Shown here piece by piece: positions 24,758 to 37,642 of a DNA stretch of 64,000 nucleotides. Made by a program: the position numbers and the translations under genes. The notes below the pieces were generated by a model. The model did no database searches, had not been told where the DNA came from, and worked only from the letters and a program-made list of their open reading frames with translations. Source of the stretch: Antedon mediterranea (Eukaryota > Animalia > Echinodermata); NCBI RefSeq assembly GCF_964355755.1, contig NC_092676.1, positions 19,548,871 through 19,612,870 on the forward strand. Direction: 5' to 3'. Position 1 is the first letter of the stretch. Every line of letters starts with the position of its first letter.

Positions 24758-26904
24758 ATTCCATTAATATTGATACTATAATTAGTAGGTAAAGGTGGCT
24801 ATAGCCTTCAAAGACCCTTGCTGGGGAGTTTGAGATGGTCGTTGTAATCATTGGATCCATCAGGATGCAATATTAGGAGAGGATTATAGGGATCTTAAAA
24901 AGTTATGCAAAATTGTTGGAAATCACTTTAAAAGATTATTCGTTCACAGTGTATGATGATAACGCAACAGTTTTCAACTCGACCTACATTGCCATTTTCA
25001 TCTACAATTACAAAGTTCCACCATTTCACATAATCGCTTTGATACTATAAATGCACCTGAAAATATTCCTATAGAGTGTGAATATATGCTAAGGCCAAGC
25101 TGAGCTTACAGCTAGCTATGGTCCATTTATCTCCACGCTTTAAGACATGGCATGAAATACTGCTGTAAATTGCTACCTAGGAACATACATGAATCAGGTC
25201 GAACATGATAGGTCATGTAGGCGGCAAAAGTGACTTATTTTAGTATGATTCTGACACAAGCTGTAAGCCACATTGATGAAGAACGTTGATCCATCCATAT
25301 TTTATTTATAGCATTTCTAGGAATGATACATACTGTATGTAGACACCCAGTTTATGTTGTTATATAATAGTAACTACAGCACTAGCTGTGGGTTTTATTT
25401 TCAGTTCTGTTTAATAAGCCAATTTTGGTCATGGCCATTTTCTACCTGTATTAATAACTTCTCAGTTAATAATATAACATACAGGTATTAACGATCCATG
25501 TGAAGATACCTTATTGTATTTTCATGTCCACACAGTAGCTATTAAAGTATTAGGTTCAGTAAAACTAGAATTCCCTACAAAGTCATGGCCATATTCTACC
25601 AGTAATGCGTAACAAGTATCACAGTTGGGCCCAATTCACCATCAGTTACAGTACTTAACAAATAATACCAGCATATGTAACTAGATAGGAGAATGACACT
25701 GCGAACGTGACTGTAATACTCTCATCTATGTCCCTGACTGCAAACTGAACTATTTTTACTATTGAAATCAGATATAGGTCTATTTTTATATTGAAAATAG
25801 AATTATAATGTCCATTTTACTACTTGCTGAAAAAACAGTTTTACTTCTACAGTATGTGATTGCTGAAATCGACTGAACGATGTCAACACCTGGAATGGCA
25901 TTCATTAGAATCCAAGAATCCAGATCCAAGAAAAGAGATATAGTAATTCCTTAATGACAATTACTGCATTGTATCCAGTGGATGCTAAGCATCTTTTTTT
26001 TTGCTCGATAAAGATTTTTGTTTCCGTTTTTAGGAGATGGAAACATAAGATGGTATGATGGGATTGGATGTTAGTTACTTTGATAACCTATCTTATAAAA
26101 ATGTACATGTATGTCCTAGCAATGGATGTTGCAGCTTTTTTCCTCTTCCCACCCTCTTTCCAAGTGGGTATGACCTACTGTAATTTACTAGCAATGGTGG
26201 GTGTGGCTAGCTCCCAGCAATGTTAGGTGTGGTCTTTCCTTAGCAATGCATGCTTGAAGGAATCTTTACTCAGCAAAATCACTATTATCATCATCATCGT
26301 TCGAATTATAATTATATGTGCTTATATTTTAATATTAAATTACCTATCGACATTGATGATGAATTGGTTATAGCTATAGATAATTAGATGATTTTCTCTT
26401 TACAGTGGCCCTGACTTCAGACTGAACTTCATTATGGTACACTTTAATCACATGATTTCTTCATAAACTCATCAACATTAGCGTTTATTTATTCAACCTT
26501 GTTTTTTTTTTACAAGTCCTATATAGAAATCTCTCAAATTATTCGTTTTCATTGCATTGTGCGAAAGACCTTGGAAGTATGTGAACAGCCATTTGAGTCG
26601 GCTTCTTCATGTGCAAAACAGAAAAATGAAATTAATGTGATTTTAATGTAAAATTTAGTCAATACATTTTATGTATTTACTCTAACCTTGGGCACAGCCA
26701 CTAAGTTAATTTATTTATAATATTCATGTCATGACAAACTGGTAGCTATATACTGCATATTAATTTCATGTTGTAATCAGGAACTATGTACCTATATAGT
26801 AACAATACCTTTCAAGGACTAAATATAAATTGTGTGTCTTGTTTCCTTGTGGTAGAATTAAGGTTTACAGGCTCACGATAAATATTGCTTGGCTATTTAA
26901 ATTC

Positions 26905-28213
26905 CAGAGGCGGATCCAGGATTTTGAAATAGGGGGGGGCGTAGGTTTGCGAGCGAAGCGAGCAAACACTGGCTGGGGGCCAGGGGGCCGCCAAGGGCCC
27001 CCGGTCGGGGTCCAGGGGCCGAAGGCCCCTGGAAATTTTGGCGTTCTAGCGCATTGTAAGTCGTTTAAAACGATTTACAAACAATTCATAATGTCATTTA
27101 CCAAACACTCTAAAGCTCGCAAATTACGACATGTGGAACATGCAGCTGATACTTACCTAGGGTACCAAAGCAAGCTAACAACTTGCCTGTACTTTACATC
27201 TAAATTTTTACAACGCGACGATGTTTTTCAGCTTTTATATAAGCATAAACTTGTCCTAGCCTAGGCCGGTATTATTTTCTTACACGCGCGCCGGGTCGAT
27301 CGCGGTGACGTCCATCCATCCATCATCCATGCGCATGCAGCTAAAGTAAAATGACGTCACGTTAAAGCGGGTCATCACAGAGTCTCATGCATATTAATGA
27401 AGCAAACTTGCTGAGAGTGTTTTCACCACGCAACACATGCGACGCGAGATTTATCGAAACTCCGAGCCATCGACTGACGATCATGTTTTTGACAATTAAA
27501 ATCACGGCATATTCAACGACCTGGTTTAAACGATCGTTTAACAATTAGCGGTCCGGCTCGATCATCATTACATTATATTTAGTGATTTGAAAAAAACAAA
27601 ACACCCCTTTTGTCATCGCGATTTGTTTATGAGACTCATCGACGGAAAAGCAAATAAAACACTACAAGGCCCGGTCATGAAATGCTGCATGCAGCATTGT
27701 TAATATTTTAATAGTAATATGTTTTAATAAAATATAGGCCTAACGGGATAATTTTCATAGGCACTACAGTCCTAGCCTTTGTTTTTATTGTATTTAATAA
27801 ATGGGCGCGTAGTGTAGCACTGACCATGTGACTTCATAAACTCTATTGATCGTCGGAGGTACGTACCGCTACTCTACAACGGGAGTGACGATCACAAAGG
27901 ATGCCGACCTGCTTAGTAAAACGCGACCAAGCTCACCACGTGGTTTTGATCAACTTGCTCCTTTTAGTTTTACACTTAACTGTGAATGATCGTTGGTAAA
28001 GCTAGAGATTGATAGTACACAAAGGATGTCAACGTACATGCTTGGTGAAATGCGATCAAGCTGACGATGTGCTCCGACGTACTATTTTCACTATGAAAAT
28101 GACCGTCGAAACGATAGGTGTTTTTAAAATCTATTTAATTTAAAAAAAAAAAAAAATCTTTAAAAAATAGGGGGGGCGTACGCCCCACACGCCCCCCGCT
28201 AGATCCGCCACTG
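26905..28213. mobile_element. Non-autonomous DNA transposon, 1309 bp, hAT-like ends with a 5-bp TSD
   Basis: TIRs CAGAGGCGGATC / GATCCGCCACTG, with a perfect 5-bp flanking duplication AATTC (26900-26904 and 28214-28218). GC- and CpG-rich, with no transposase ORF. Confidence 0.85.
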
Positions 28214-30031
28214 AATTCTATAATCCCAATAATCTCAAACCAACCCACCTTCTCCTCAATGGTAGTTGTATAAAAATATATATCTACATTAGGCTTAAAT
28301 ATTGTGTTGCATTCTGCCATTCCAAAAATTTCCAGAAAATTACAAAAAATAAATAAAATAAAAAGTGTGAAAAACAACCAAAACTACAATGCAGTTTTGT
28401 TGTGTATTTATCGAGAGACTAACTTGTTTAGAAATTGAGACAAGCTTTTCAATTTTGTTTAAAAAAATCTGTATAATTATAACAGCAAATATATGTAGAC
28501 CATTCAATAATTATTATGTTTTTCTGTATAATAAGAGATGATGAGGTTATTCTTTCATGACAATGTAAAATACAATTAGATAATTATCGATTCTCAAGAG
28601 AATTCAGATGAGATAACTTGTACTTTAACGTATTTCACGCTTTATTATCGTGCGGAGGTCGGACCACGAGACTTACTACTTCAAGCGCATCTCTGAAGAA
28701 GCATTTAAAGCACATTTTGGCATAACAAGTGCGTTTTATTTCCATTTAAACGGTCTCCGGTTACAATTTATTCTTAACTACTGTATAATTCTGTGTTAAC
28801 TAATGCACAGTACCGCGGTCACTCACCTCTAGCTAGCAAATATTTCTATTGATTTCCATTATGAATCTATACATTCTGGTGTGTTATTGATAGTGAATAT
28901 TAACACCTTTTCCAAGCAAGTTGTTTGTGTAAACGTTAGCACACTTTTTACAAAGCGTGAATGCTAAACATTACAGACAGTCGTGTTGTTTTAAAGTAAA
29001 AGTTGGTTCAACCAACTTTTCACTTCAGATTAAATTTCTAAAGAATTATTCAAAAAAATGTTTTAAACATTTCTTTCTTGGTAGCCAGAATACCTGATTA
29101 TGACAAAATATAAGATTTTTGCCGAAAATAATGGTTTTCAGAAACGTAGATTTTTACGTTTTGAATCTTTTTCGAAAATTCCCAGTTGACACAATGGTCT
29201 TGACTATTTAAAAAAAGAACATATTTTTTATTTAGATAAATTAATGAAATTGTAAACAGAATATAGTGTAGTGCAATAAAATAAGTTACTATCTTGTACA
29301 AGAGAGGATCTGAAAACCTAAAGTAATAAAATATACAGCCATATTACAAGTAAACAATAATAATAATTAATTAATATCATAATTTAAACTATGACCAATT
29401 GATAGAAAAATTAGAAAATTATCTGTTTGGTAGGCATTCAAATATTGTATCAATTGCAACTTCGACCACCTTCGAGAAAAGTTGTCAAACATTTTATCAC
29501 CGGTAATTCATTTGATTACAAAGATTAGCTCTTAAATAAAGTCATTACCAAATCTTAAATTAACACCTTTATCGACTCATTATTTTAAATCTTGACAGGA
29601 TAGTATAAACTTTATTATTTTGGCTGAACATAAACTATTCTTAATTTTCTGTTACCGGTATTTATATCTTAGAAACATATAGTGACTCAAGTCTCTGCTT
29701 ATAAGGAAAATCCGTAGATCTAGGAAAGGATTTCCTTCTGATTAGACAACGGAAGTAACACCTTGATCAAATGTTGTATAATAAAGAAATGGTTTATTAA
29801 CACCCATTAGTCAGCCTTACCTGTCTCCTACTGAAATATAGAACGATATCCTAATGAGACATAGTACCGGCATTATTTTTTCTGACACGCTCATTTCGAG
29901 CAAGTTGTATGTTATAAGTTTTGACAGACTGTTGAATATTTTCATTGAGATACAGTTTGCTAGTTAAACCAGGTTGAACAAGTCACTCAACAATTTTCAT
30001 TTGTCTTTCAGAGTATTCAGGCTTTATTGCA

Positions 30032-30623
30032 ATGCCATCATCACCTCCGAAGTGTGCGTGTCCGGAACAACCAAAGGAAAATAGTATCCTCTTTTCATTG
30101 TTATCAACACCACCAGCAGAAGACCATACTAGTAAAGAGACGTCAGTTGCGTACCCAACAACACAGCTCGTAGACTCCATACTTAAACGTACATCACGGT
30201 TACAACCTCCCGTTGTTGTGGCACTACGGTACCCAGAATTAGTATGCCAGCAAGCAGCTCAACTTCTTTTAAAAACTGTAGATTTCGTTAAAGCCTTACC
30301 ATCATGCAGCTGTTTAAGTTCAAAAGATCGTGCGCTTCTTTTGAAGCACTGCTGGGCGGAACTCTTGTTAATAAGCATGACCAAATATCGATTCCGATTT
30401 GAAATTATTGAGTATATATTATGCTGCGATTGTGCAAACACCACAGACTCGTGCTGTGAAATGTCCAACGAGAGTATTGTGATGAAGTGTCTAGCAGCAC
30501 TTCAAGGCATTCCAACAAAATCGGACATTCAATTGATGGACAGTTTTTTCACCCGATGCGAAACGATGGAACTTGACGATAAAGAATATGCATTTCTACA
30601 GTCAGCAATTTTGTTTAATCCAG
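30032..30623 (+). CDS. NR0B1: First coding exon of an NR0B (DAX-1/SHP-like) orphan nuclear receptor: LBD only, no DNA-binding domain; partial CDS, terminal exon not located
   Basis: The N-terminal CxC...NSILFSLL LxxLL-like box matches the DAX-1/SHP (S/A)ILYxLL box. VALRYPELVCQQAAQLLLKTVDFVKALP parallels DAX-1 [28 protein letters not shown], and DRALLLKHCWAELLL is the helix 4/5 signature. KEYAFLQSAILFNP parallels KEYAYLKGTVLFNP. The donor CCAG|GTATGT at 30623/30624 is at the FNP-D intron position of vertebrate NR0B genes, and an acceptor TTTGTCTTTCAG ends at 30011. Probably co-orthologous to NR0B1 and NR0B2. Confidence 0.9.
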
Positions 30624-31965
30624 GTATGTTATATAATTATCTTTTAAATGTTTAGTGTCAGAGCATGGAGCAACTGCTCAATGGTTTATGAGATACCTTT
30701 TGTTATAATCTAACTTCTTTCCATGTTTGAGATCATAATGAGAATTGCATAAAGAAAAAGATAGCAAAACGGGCAACTATTCAGAAATACTTCTTTAAGT
30801 TGGTCTACAATTTTCGGTTTTCTTAAAAGTCTAATTTTCAAATTGCATACAGTAGACATGAATTTCTTATTCTACTGCAGTAATAACATTTTATTTACTT
30901 TGAAGCTTTTTTTCTGGGTAAATCATAATATTGTGATTGCCTCATAAACTTCTACATTGAATAAAAATGGTACATTATTACAGTAAAGATAATAGAGTAA
31001 CTGCGGTTTAATAATTTATAACATGATCTCCAGAAGAAGGTTTGACTCTACATAAAATTTTAGTGCGTCGTCAACACGATCAATTTCTGGAGACCAACAA
31101 AAGATTGAGATCATCATCTTTCTGAACAAAGTAATAATGTTATTTGAAAGCAACTTTATATTCTCACAATGATTCCCATAGCTCTTGCCATGTATATCGA
31201 TTATTATGGCGTCAGACAGCAATGTGTTATCAGTTTAAAAGATAATACATGAATTGTGTATGTATGTTTTTTTTTTTTTTTTTAAGTACAGTACACATAC
31301 TCCATAAATGTATACATATATGTGATTTTTTTTAAACGATATGTGAGGTAAAAAGATATTTGGATGGATGGCAAGAGGAATATAACTGAAAAGTAGAGTG
31401 GCAACGTCAAAGCTTGAGAAAAATAAGCTAGGTGGTCAAAGAAGGTAACATAGCCTGGGTAGAAGACATTTAGGCTACTAGACCACCTCAACATACCCTT
31501 TGATTTTATCATGTACAGTATAGGAGATATTTATTTTTACTGCTTATTATCAGGCTAATCTCTTTTATCTCACACTTTATCAGAGATAGCTGATAAATGT
31601 TACAAACAAGATTACATCTTGCAAACTCATCTACTGTACACTGTAATTTCCTGGTACAAATATTGTTATACGTATTTCAATACTTATCTCCGAGGTTTGA
31701 ATTTCATATTCAATATAGATAGCTATTCTTTTTTTTTCTTATAGGATAGTACAATTCGTAGAATACTAATGTCCTAATATATTAGATTTTTAATTATACT
31801 ATAGATTCCCTTAGTTTTAAAATCTCCCTTCCGGGTATACGGGGTCACATGCACTGTATCTAATTAATGAGATGTACCGCTTTGTTATTTTACCGTACCG
31901 CGCTTGCCGAACAATGATAACGTTGAATGCTTCATCAGATCGCAATGAATATTGTTAGATGTTTT

Positions 31966-32005
31966 GCAATGACCTGGCCTGTATTTTCCATCTCAAGGTC
32001 ATTGC
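31966..32005. promoter_or_regulatory. Candidate nuclear-receptor response element
   Basis: Perfect NR5A/ERR site TCAAGGTCA (31993-32001) overlapping the right arm of a 10-bp inverted repeat GCAATGACCT / AGGTCATTGC. Confidence 0.35.
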
Positions 32006-35000
32006 CACTTGTAAATTAGATGGAAAGCATTTGATGTGCGGTCATGCATGGTGGCTACGTTTAGTCAGACCCCGACAGCTGGGCATTGAAAAACTGTCTG
32101 GAAAATGTTTCATAATAATATTTAAAATACACATCATTTAAAAATTTACAAATCATCATTACCATATAGACATTTATTCGTTTATTAATTAATCAATCGT
32201 TAACCATATATTTTATAATTAAAGCTGTACTTTTATGAATTTGAAATGTTGTATAGTTACATATATCTATAAGCTGCAATGGCAAACCAATTTTACTCTA
32301 TTTCCTCCAAATAACAAGAACGATACTTGCACCATTTTTGCGGTGGGACACCTTCTAATTCTCCTAAAGTGTTAAGTCTATGTTAGAAAAGTGTTTTCCT
32401 ACGAAACAGGTTTTTTTAAACCAATTTCTTTGAAACGGTTAAGCATCATTTGTCAAAGATAACGTTTTATATGAATTATACAGTCAACCTACAGTACTAT
32501 AATATAACACCGTCAAGGCTTCTTGGTCTGTTAAAAGTCCAATAAAATATAAACACTTCATGATACGTTTGTGCTACAGCAGAATTCAGCACTTGATGTA
32601 CACCATTTTTTTGATAAATATAGAACACTATTTGTATTTCACAAATAAAAATATAACAAACTATTATAGCTATCAGTAATACAAACCAATTGAGGAATAT
32701 TTCTTTAATTAATTATAGTGTTCTAAAGATTTATGTAATCTGTTGTCTAGACCAGATTACTGTGGGCTTGGATATGAATCATTAACTACCCATTAAACAT
32801 AGGTACTAGTAGTATTAATTTATGAAGGACACCAACAATTATACCTTATTGTGTCATAATATAATCAGTGAATCTTTGTTGGTAATAAGAATAATAATAA
32901 CAATAATTAATTTATTATAATCGCATATAAGACTCTTGTAGAAGACAGGAAACAAACAAAATTGTTTATAAATCAAATGCTTGTTGGAAAGGAAATATAG
33001 GATGTGTAATATACTTGGTAACAGATAGATATGGTAACATTCAAAATTGCCCAGTATGAAAACTGAAAATATGAATGAAAACATGAAAATAAAATACTAA
33101 TATCTAAATATTGAATATACTTTATTATTCTCTGGATTGTGGCATATTTTGTCTAGGCATTGAATTAGGGAATGTACATGAATCAGACATATCAATTAAA
33201 TTTGAATTGTATTTGATGAGTGAGATCTCAATGCGTATTTCCTGTACTGCACTTTGACATTGTGAATGTGGCATTGAACTGTCTATGAAATACAGGGCAA
33301 AATTAGTTTAATGTTACTATTGATTTTTAGATATTATTTGAAATATTAATCTCAATAAAACAAATTAATACAAAAAAAGTTTTGGGAAAATGATATGCAT
33401 CACTACGATGAAATGTAATACCTTTACTAAAAATATATTATGTATTGTTTGCTTTCTGGTTAAACCGTTTATAGTGGGCCATGAGGAATTGTGAACATAT
33501 TGACGTCACACTCGATCTAGTATGGTGAATGGTGTAGCTCAAAAACAAATTGATACTATTGTAGTGTAGATTGAATCTTGAAAGGATTGCTATGCTCATA
33601 GCCTCTTGATTAAAGGCAGAGACATGTGGATGTTTTTCCAGTCACCTATAGATGTTTTTACTCGGAATTCTTACAACAAACATTTATCACTACATGCATT
33701 GCTATAATTAGGATGAAATTAAACATTATTGGGCACGTTTCAAGGACATAATGTCATTTTTTTTAGATTTTTGACTGCCTGTATGTTTTTTAGTAGCTAG
33801 TTTGACCACATTGTATGTTGTAGCTACAGTACATTGTAGCCGACTAAACATTTGTATGTGCGTGTGTCTCTTTCTCTCCCCACAGCAACCTGCTCCAGAT
33901 TATTTTATAAAAATTGTATAGAAAATAAGAAACATAATGCAATAAGATTTTTACAATATAAATTTAGAATGTTTATACGATAAGAATGGGAATAGATATA
34001 TTATTATTATTCATAGTTTTACAGAAAAGCCCCAAATTAATTGTGCTATCAGAAGATACATAAATTGTTTATTCATTAATAATATCGCGTTATTAAATTG
34101 AGGTTTTAGTACAATTCATTTATTGATTATTAGTTTAATAACTTTAAAGTATACTTTGTTATTGCCGAGGATCTGAAGGGTATGACCTTGATAAATACAA
34201 TCTAGTTCAACTTCATTTACATAATACTGATTATAATTTATTTTGATAGTACAGTTAACTCTATACAATATAGAACCTCTCATTATAACAAAGTGCAATT
34301 TGGCGCTTCACAATTATACTTTGAATTACAAAATAATTTTATATTTGCAAAGAATGCTTATTAGTAATACAATGTATAATTTTGTGGTCTTTTTACATTT
34401 TCTAGACTGTAAAATTGTTATTTTGTTCATCTCAAACATGTAGAGAAAATGCTATAAAAAAGATATCTCGAATAGTCCTTGGTTTAATTCAGTAAACTAG
34501 TACAAAATCTCTCTACACTCTACAGTCCACCTTTATTTTTCTACCACCAAAAGTGGAGGAGGACAGATTGACTTGTAAAATCAACCCTAAATACATTAAC
34601 AGTAATAACAGACACTGTTCTGCATATTTCCATTTTTTAACTCGCACCTAAAAATAACAACTTTATACTGGAATGTTTGTATGCCTTTGTTGTGTACAAT
34701 ATGAATAGAATTTATCATTGTCGCAAATAATTATTAAAGGTAATGACGCAACGGGAATATATTGCTGTTTATTTTTGTCATTGACACAAAAACCAACTTT
34801 AATGACACATACCACATACAATAAAAAAATATTTGTAATCTAGACAAGATGCATAAATAGATGCAAACTATATAATGATGAAGTGTGAAGGTATTATTGC
34901 CATTGACACAGAAAACATATCTGAAAAATGTGGAAGTCCTAGAAAAATATAGCAGCTCTCACATCGCCTATCAAACTCTAGTATTTAAGACATACCGGAT

Positions 35001-35828
35001 TGTCAGCACCTGTATCTTGTATGCTGTGTCCCCGTCAGTGTGTTATATACTAGGTTATCCCCCAGATCACTAGAGTGGCGTTCCTACAGTACCTCTAGAA
35101 TTCTACCATCTTACTTTAAAATTGTTCTCATTGATGTATATAAATGAGTATTTGGTATATATGTCTCAAGGTGCCATGCAATTCTAGGATACTCAATTCA
35201 AATCCATTTGATTTTTCTCATTGCTAAAAATATAAAGTCACTACCTATAACCTCATAAAACAAGAAATATTTCTTACAAAAAACGCCGCGTAACTTTTTG
35301 ACTGGACAGTTGTAAGAACAGTCTTCATTAATCTAATATAATAGGTCGGCCAATCAAAACGCAAGTGAACAATTGGGACTTTACTTGTGATTTATGTCAT
35401 TGGCCTGTCAGCACAGTCGTTTCTTTCTAGAATTAAACGCACAAACTTGTATTGGGAATAATCCCGGAATAATGTATGTTTATGTGGTTATTACTATCGC
35501 ATTTAGGTATTGATAATACAGTAATAATAATATGGCTTTTGAATATATAATTACTGTCTGTAGAATAACATTTATACATTCGGTTCGCGATGAAAAGTTA
35601 TATGAATGGATTTGTAATAGGTATTTATAATAATAGTATATGGGTTGTATTATTGCTAAGCTATCACCAAATCGCGTTATAACATTATTTCTCAGGGTTT
35701 TTTGCACCATTGATCAATACCAAACGCGTATCGGTATTATAGTTTTTAATGAATCATTACATTAATAAAAATACCCAATTAAATCAATCGCGTCAGTCCA
35801 ATTCCGACTTAGGTTTCGATCACATAGT

Positions 35829-35979
35829 TCTGTGTCTACACTGTCCCAACTAGTTTAACAAAAAAAGTGTGATGTGCCCAAATATGGTAGTGATATGCCC
35901 GAATATCGTAGTGATATGACATCGTCATGTCTATATAATATGGGCACATCATATTTAGTTTGATAGTATAGACAGAGCA
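35829..35979 (-). mobile_element. MITE family A copy (opposite orientation)
   Basis: TGTCTACACT...AAAAAAGTGTGATGTGCCCAAATATGGTAGTGATATG...TTTGATAGTATAGACAGAGC. Confidence 0.85.
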
Positions 35980-36004
35980 TAAGGATTATATTAAAAAAAT
36001 GTTT

Positions 36005-36975
36005 TCTTACATTTTGAACGGAAGTATTTATTTGTTTATAAGCCCAATTTTCCAGTCTTAATTTTACATTTTGAAAAAAAATATTTATTTTTTTATAAGC
36101 CAAATTTTCCAGTCTTAATTTTACATTTTGAAAAAAAAAAGGATTTTATTTGTTGATAAGCCCTATTGTGCAGTCTTATTTTACATTTTGAACGAAAGTA
36201 TTTATTTGTTGATAAGCCCAATTTTGAAGTCTTATTTTACATTTTAAACGAAAGTATTTATTTGTTGATATGCCGAATTTTCCAGTTTAATAATAATGAC
36301 CCCTTCCACAGTGCTTATACCATATACATTTTACATGATATTGACCGTGGGTTCTTTACGCCTCTGATGCATTTGTTTTTATTGTACCTTTTTAATAAAT
36401 TATTATATGTTTAGGCCTAATCACACCAAATTTAATGAAACGGTCAGATTCCGATTTCAATTGAACGAAAGTAGTACTGTATTTATTATTCATTGATAAG
36501 CCAAGGGTCCCATGGCGTTAGCCGATATCTTGAGCATTTGACTCATGTAACACAAATCATTCTTCAAAATCTAAAGAAAGAACCTCACACGTCTTTTTTG
36601 TGAGTGATACACTATGGATATGCCCACGGAAATAATATGTGGACATTGCAAACAATCATAGGCCTACAGTAACAAACATAACATGGCTAATAAGCATAGC
36701 ATTCAGGCTTGCTTGTTTTTTAGTGGATTTTTATTTACTTTAGCATGTAGAATAAAACTAGTAACAGTGGCTATATTAATAATTATACTGATTATCCTTG
36801 ATGTTATCGCGTCTAATAATAAAATATTCTGTTGTTGATAAGCCCAATTTTTCAGCCTTGATTTTACATTTTGAACGAAAGTATTTATTTGTTGATAAGC
36901 CCAATTTTGCAGTCTTAATAATGACCCTTCCACAGTGCATTTTATTTGATATTGACCGAGTGTTTTTACGCCTCT
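36005..36975. repeat. ~57-60-bp tandem repeat, split into two duplicated blocks
   Basis: The unit TTTTACATTTTGAACGAAAGTATTTATTTGTTGATAAGCCCAATTTT.CAGTCTTA occurs about five times at 36005-36290 and again at ~36830-36920. Both blocks are followed by TAATAATGACCC.TTCCACAGTG...GATATTGACCG..TTTACGCCTCT. Confidence 0.85.
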
Positions 36976-37278
36976 ATAGCCACTGATCAATACAATAATT
37001 AATGTACTTTTTTAAATGAATATTGAAATGTTTCAACATACCCAATTCAAAAAACCAATGTATCATTGCAACCCAACTATGGGATGAATTCACGACTTGG
37101 TGGGAAAAAATTTCAAAAAACAAAGATTAACCTTGATAAGACATCCATATTATTTGGTTACAATACAGAAAATCATGATATGCTATTACATTTATGTATT
37201 TTGTTGATTAAGAAAATTATATTTAGCGAGTCCAACTAATAAAATCGGAATGATCAATTAATTGAACATTTACAGCAT

Positions 37279-37642
37279 AAGGCCCATACACTAGGACGAT
37301 AACGATCGACGATAAATAGACAAATGTGCATTTTTAATACATAAACCAAAAGAAATATAAACAATTCCTTTGATGAAAATTATATTTTCACACGTCCCAA
37401 CCAAACGACGTCATGATTAGTAAGACCAATAATATCGTGACAATACAGCGATTTTATTGTTTATATTTATCATGACGTCATTTGATTGGAATTTGAAAAA
37501 CATTATTTTTATCAAAGACAGCATAAATGATTATCCTATAGGTCTAGAACGAAAACCTTTCTAATTTCTTTTGGTTTATGTAAAAAAAATGCATGCTATA
37601 TATTTATCGTCCGTCGTTATTGTCATAGTGTAATTGGGCCTT
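37279..37642. mobile_element. Foldback-type MITE (~364 bp, long imperfect inverted arms)
   Basis: Termini AAGGCCCAT.ACACTA / TAGTGTAATTGGGCCTT. The arms pair further inward (GACGATAAATA/TATTTATCGTC, TACATAAACCAAAAGAAAT/ATTTCTTTTGGTTTATGTA, GACGTCATGAT/ATCATGACGTC). Confidence 0.85.

Noticed and set aside
26830-27264. 144-aa ORF
   Set aside because: It runs across the GC-rich left end of the non-autonomous transposon and has no recognisable domain.
30624-30655. ORF-track C-terminus GMLYNYLLNV*
   Set aside because: It follows a consensus donor at the conserved NR0B intron position, so it is treated as intron read-through unless transcripts show retention.
31016-31222. Minus-strand ORF ending SNLLLEIML*, reminiscent of an AF-2 helix
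   Set aside because: Wrong strand for the NR0B gene, and the preceding residues do not align to helices 9-11.
36506-36599. Peptide RYLEHLTHVTQIIL resembling DAX-1 KYIQGLQWGTQQIL as possible exon 2
   Set aside because: The required acceptor abuts a tandem-repeat unit and has no pyrimidine tract, the conserved Asp is absent, and the frame stops after ~33 codons without LFF/AF-2 motifs.
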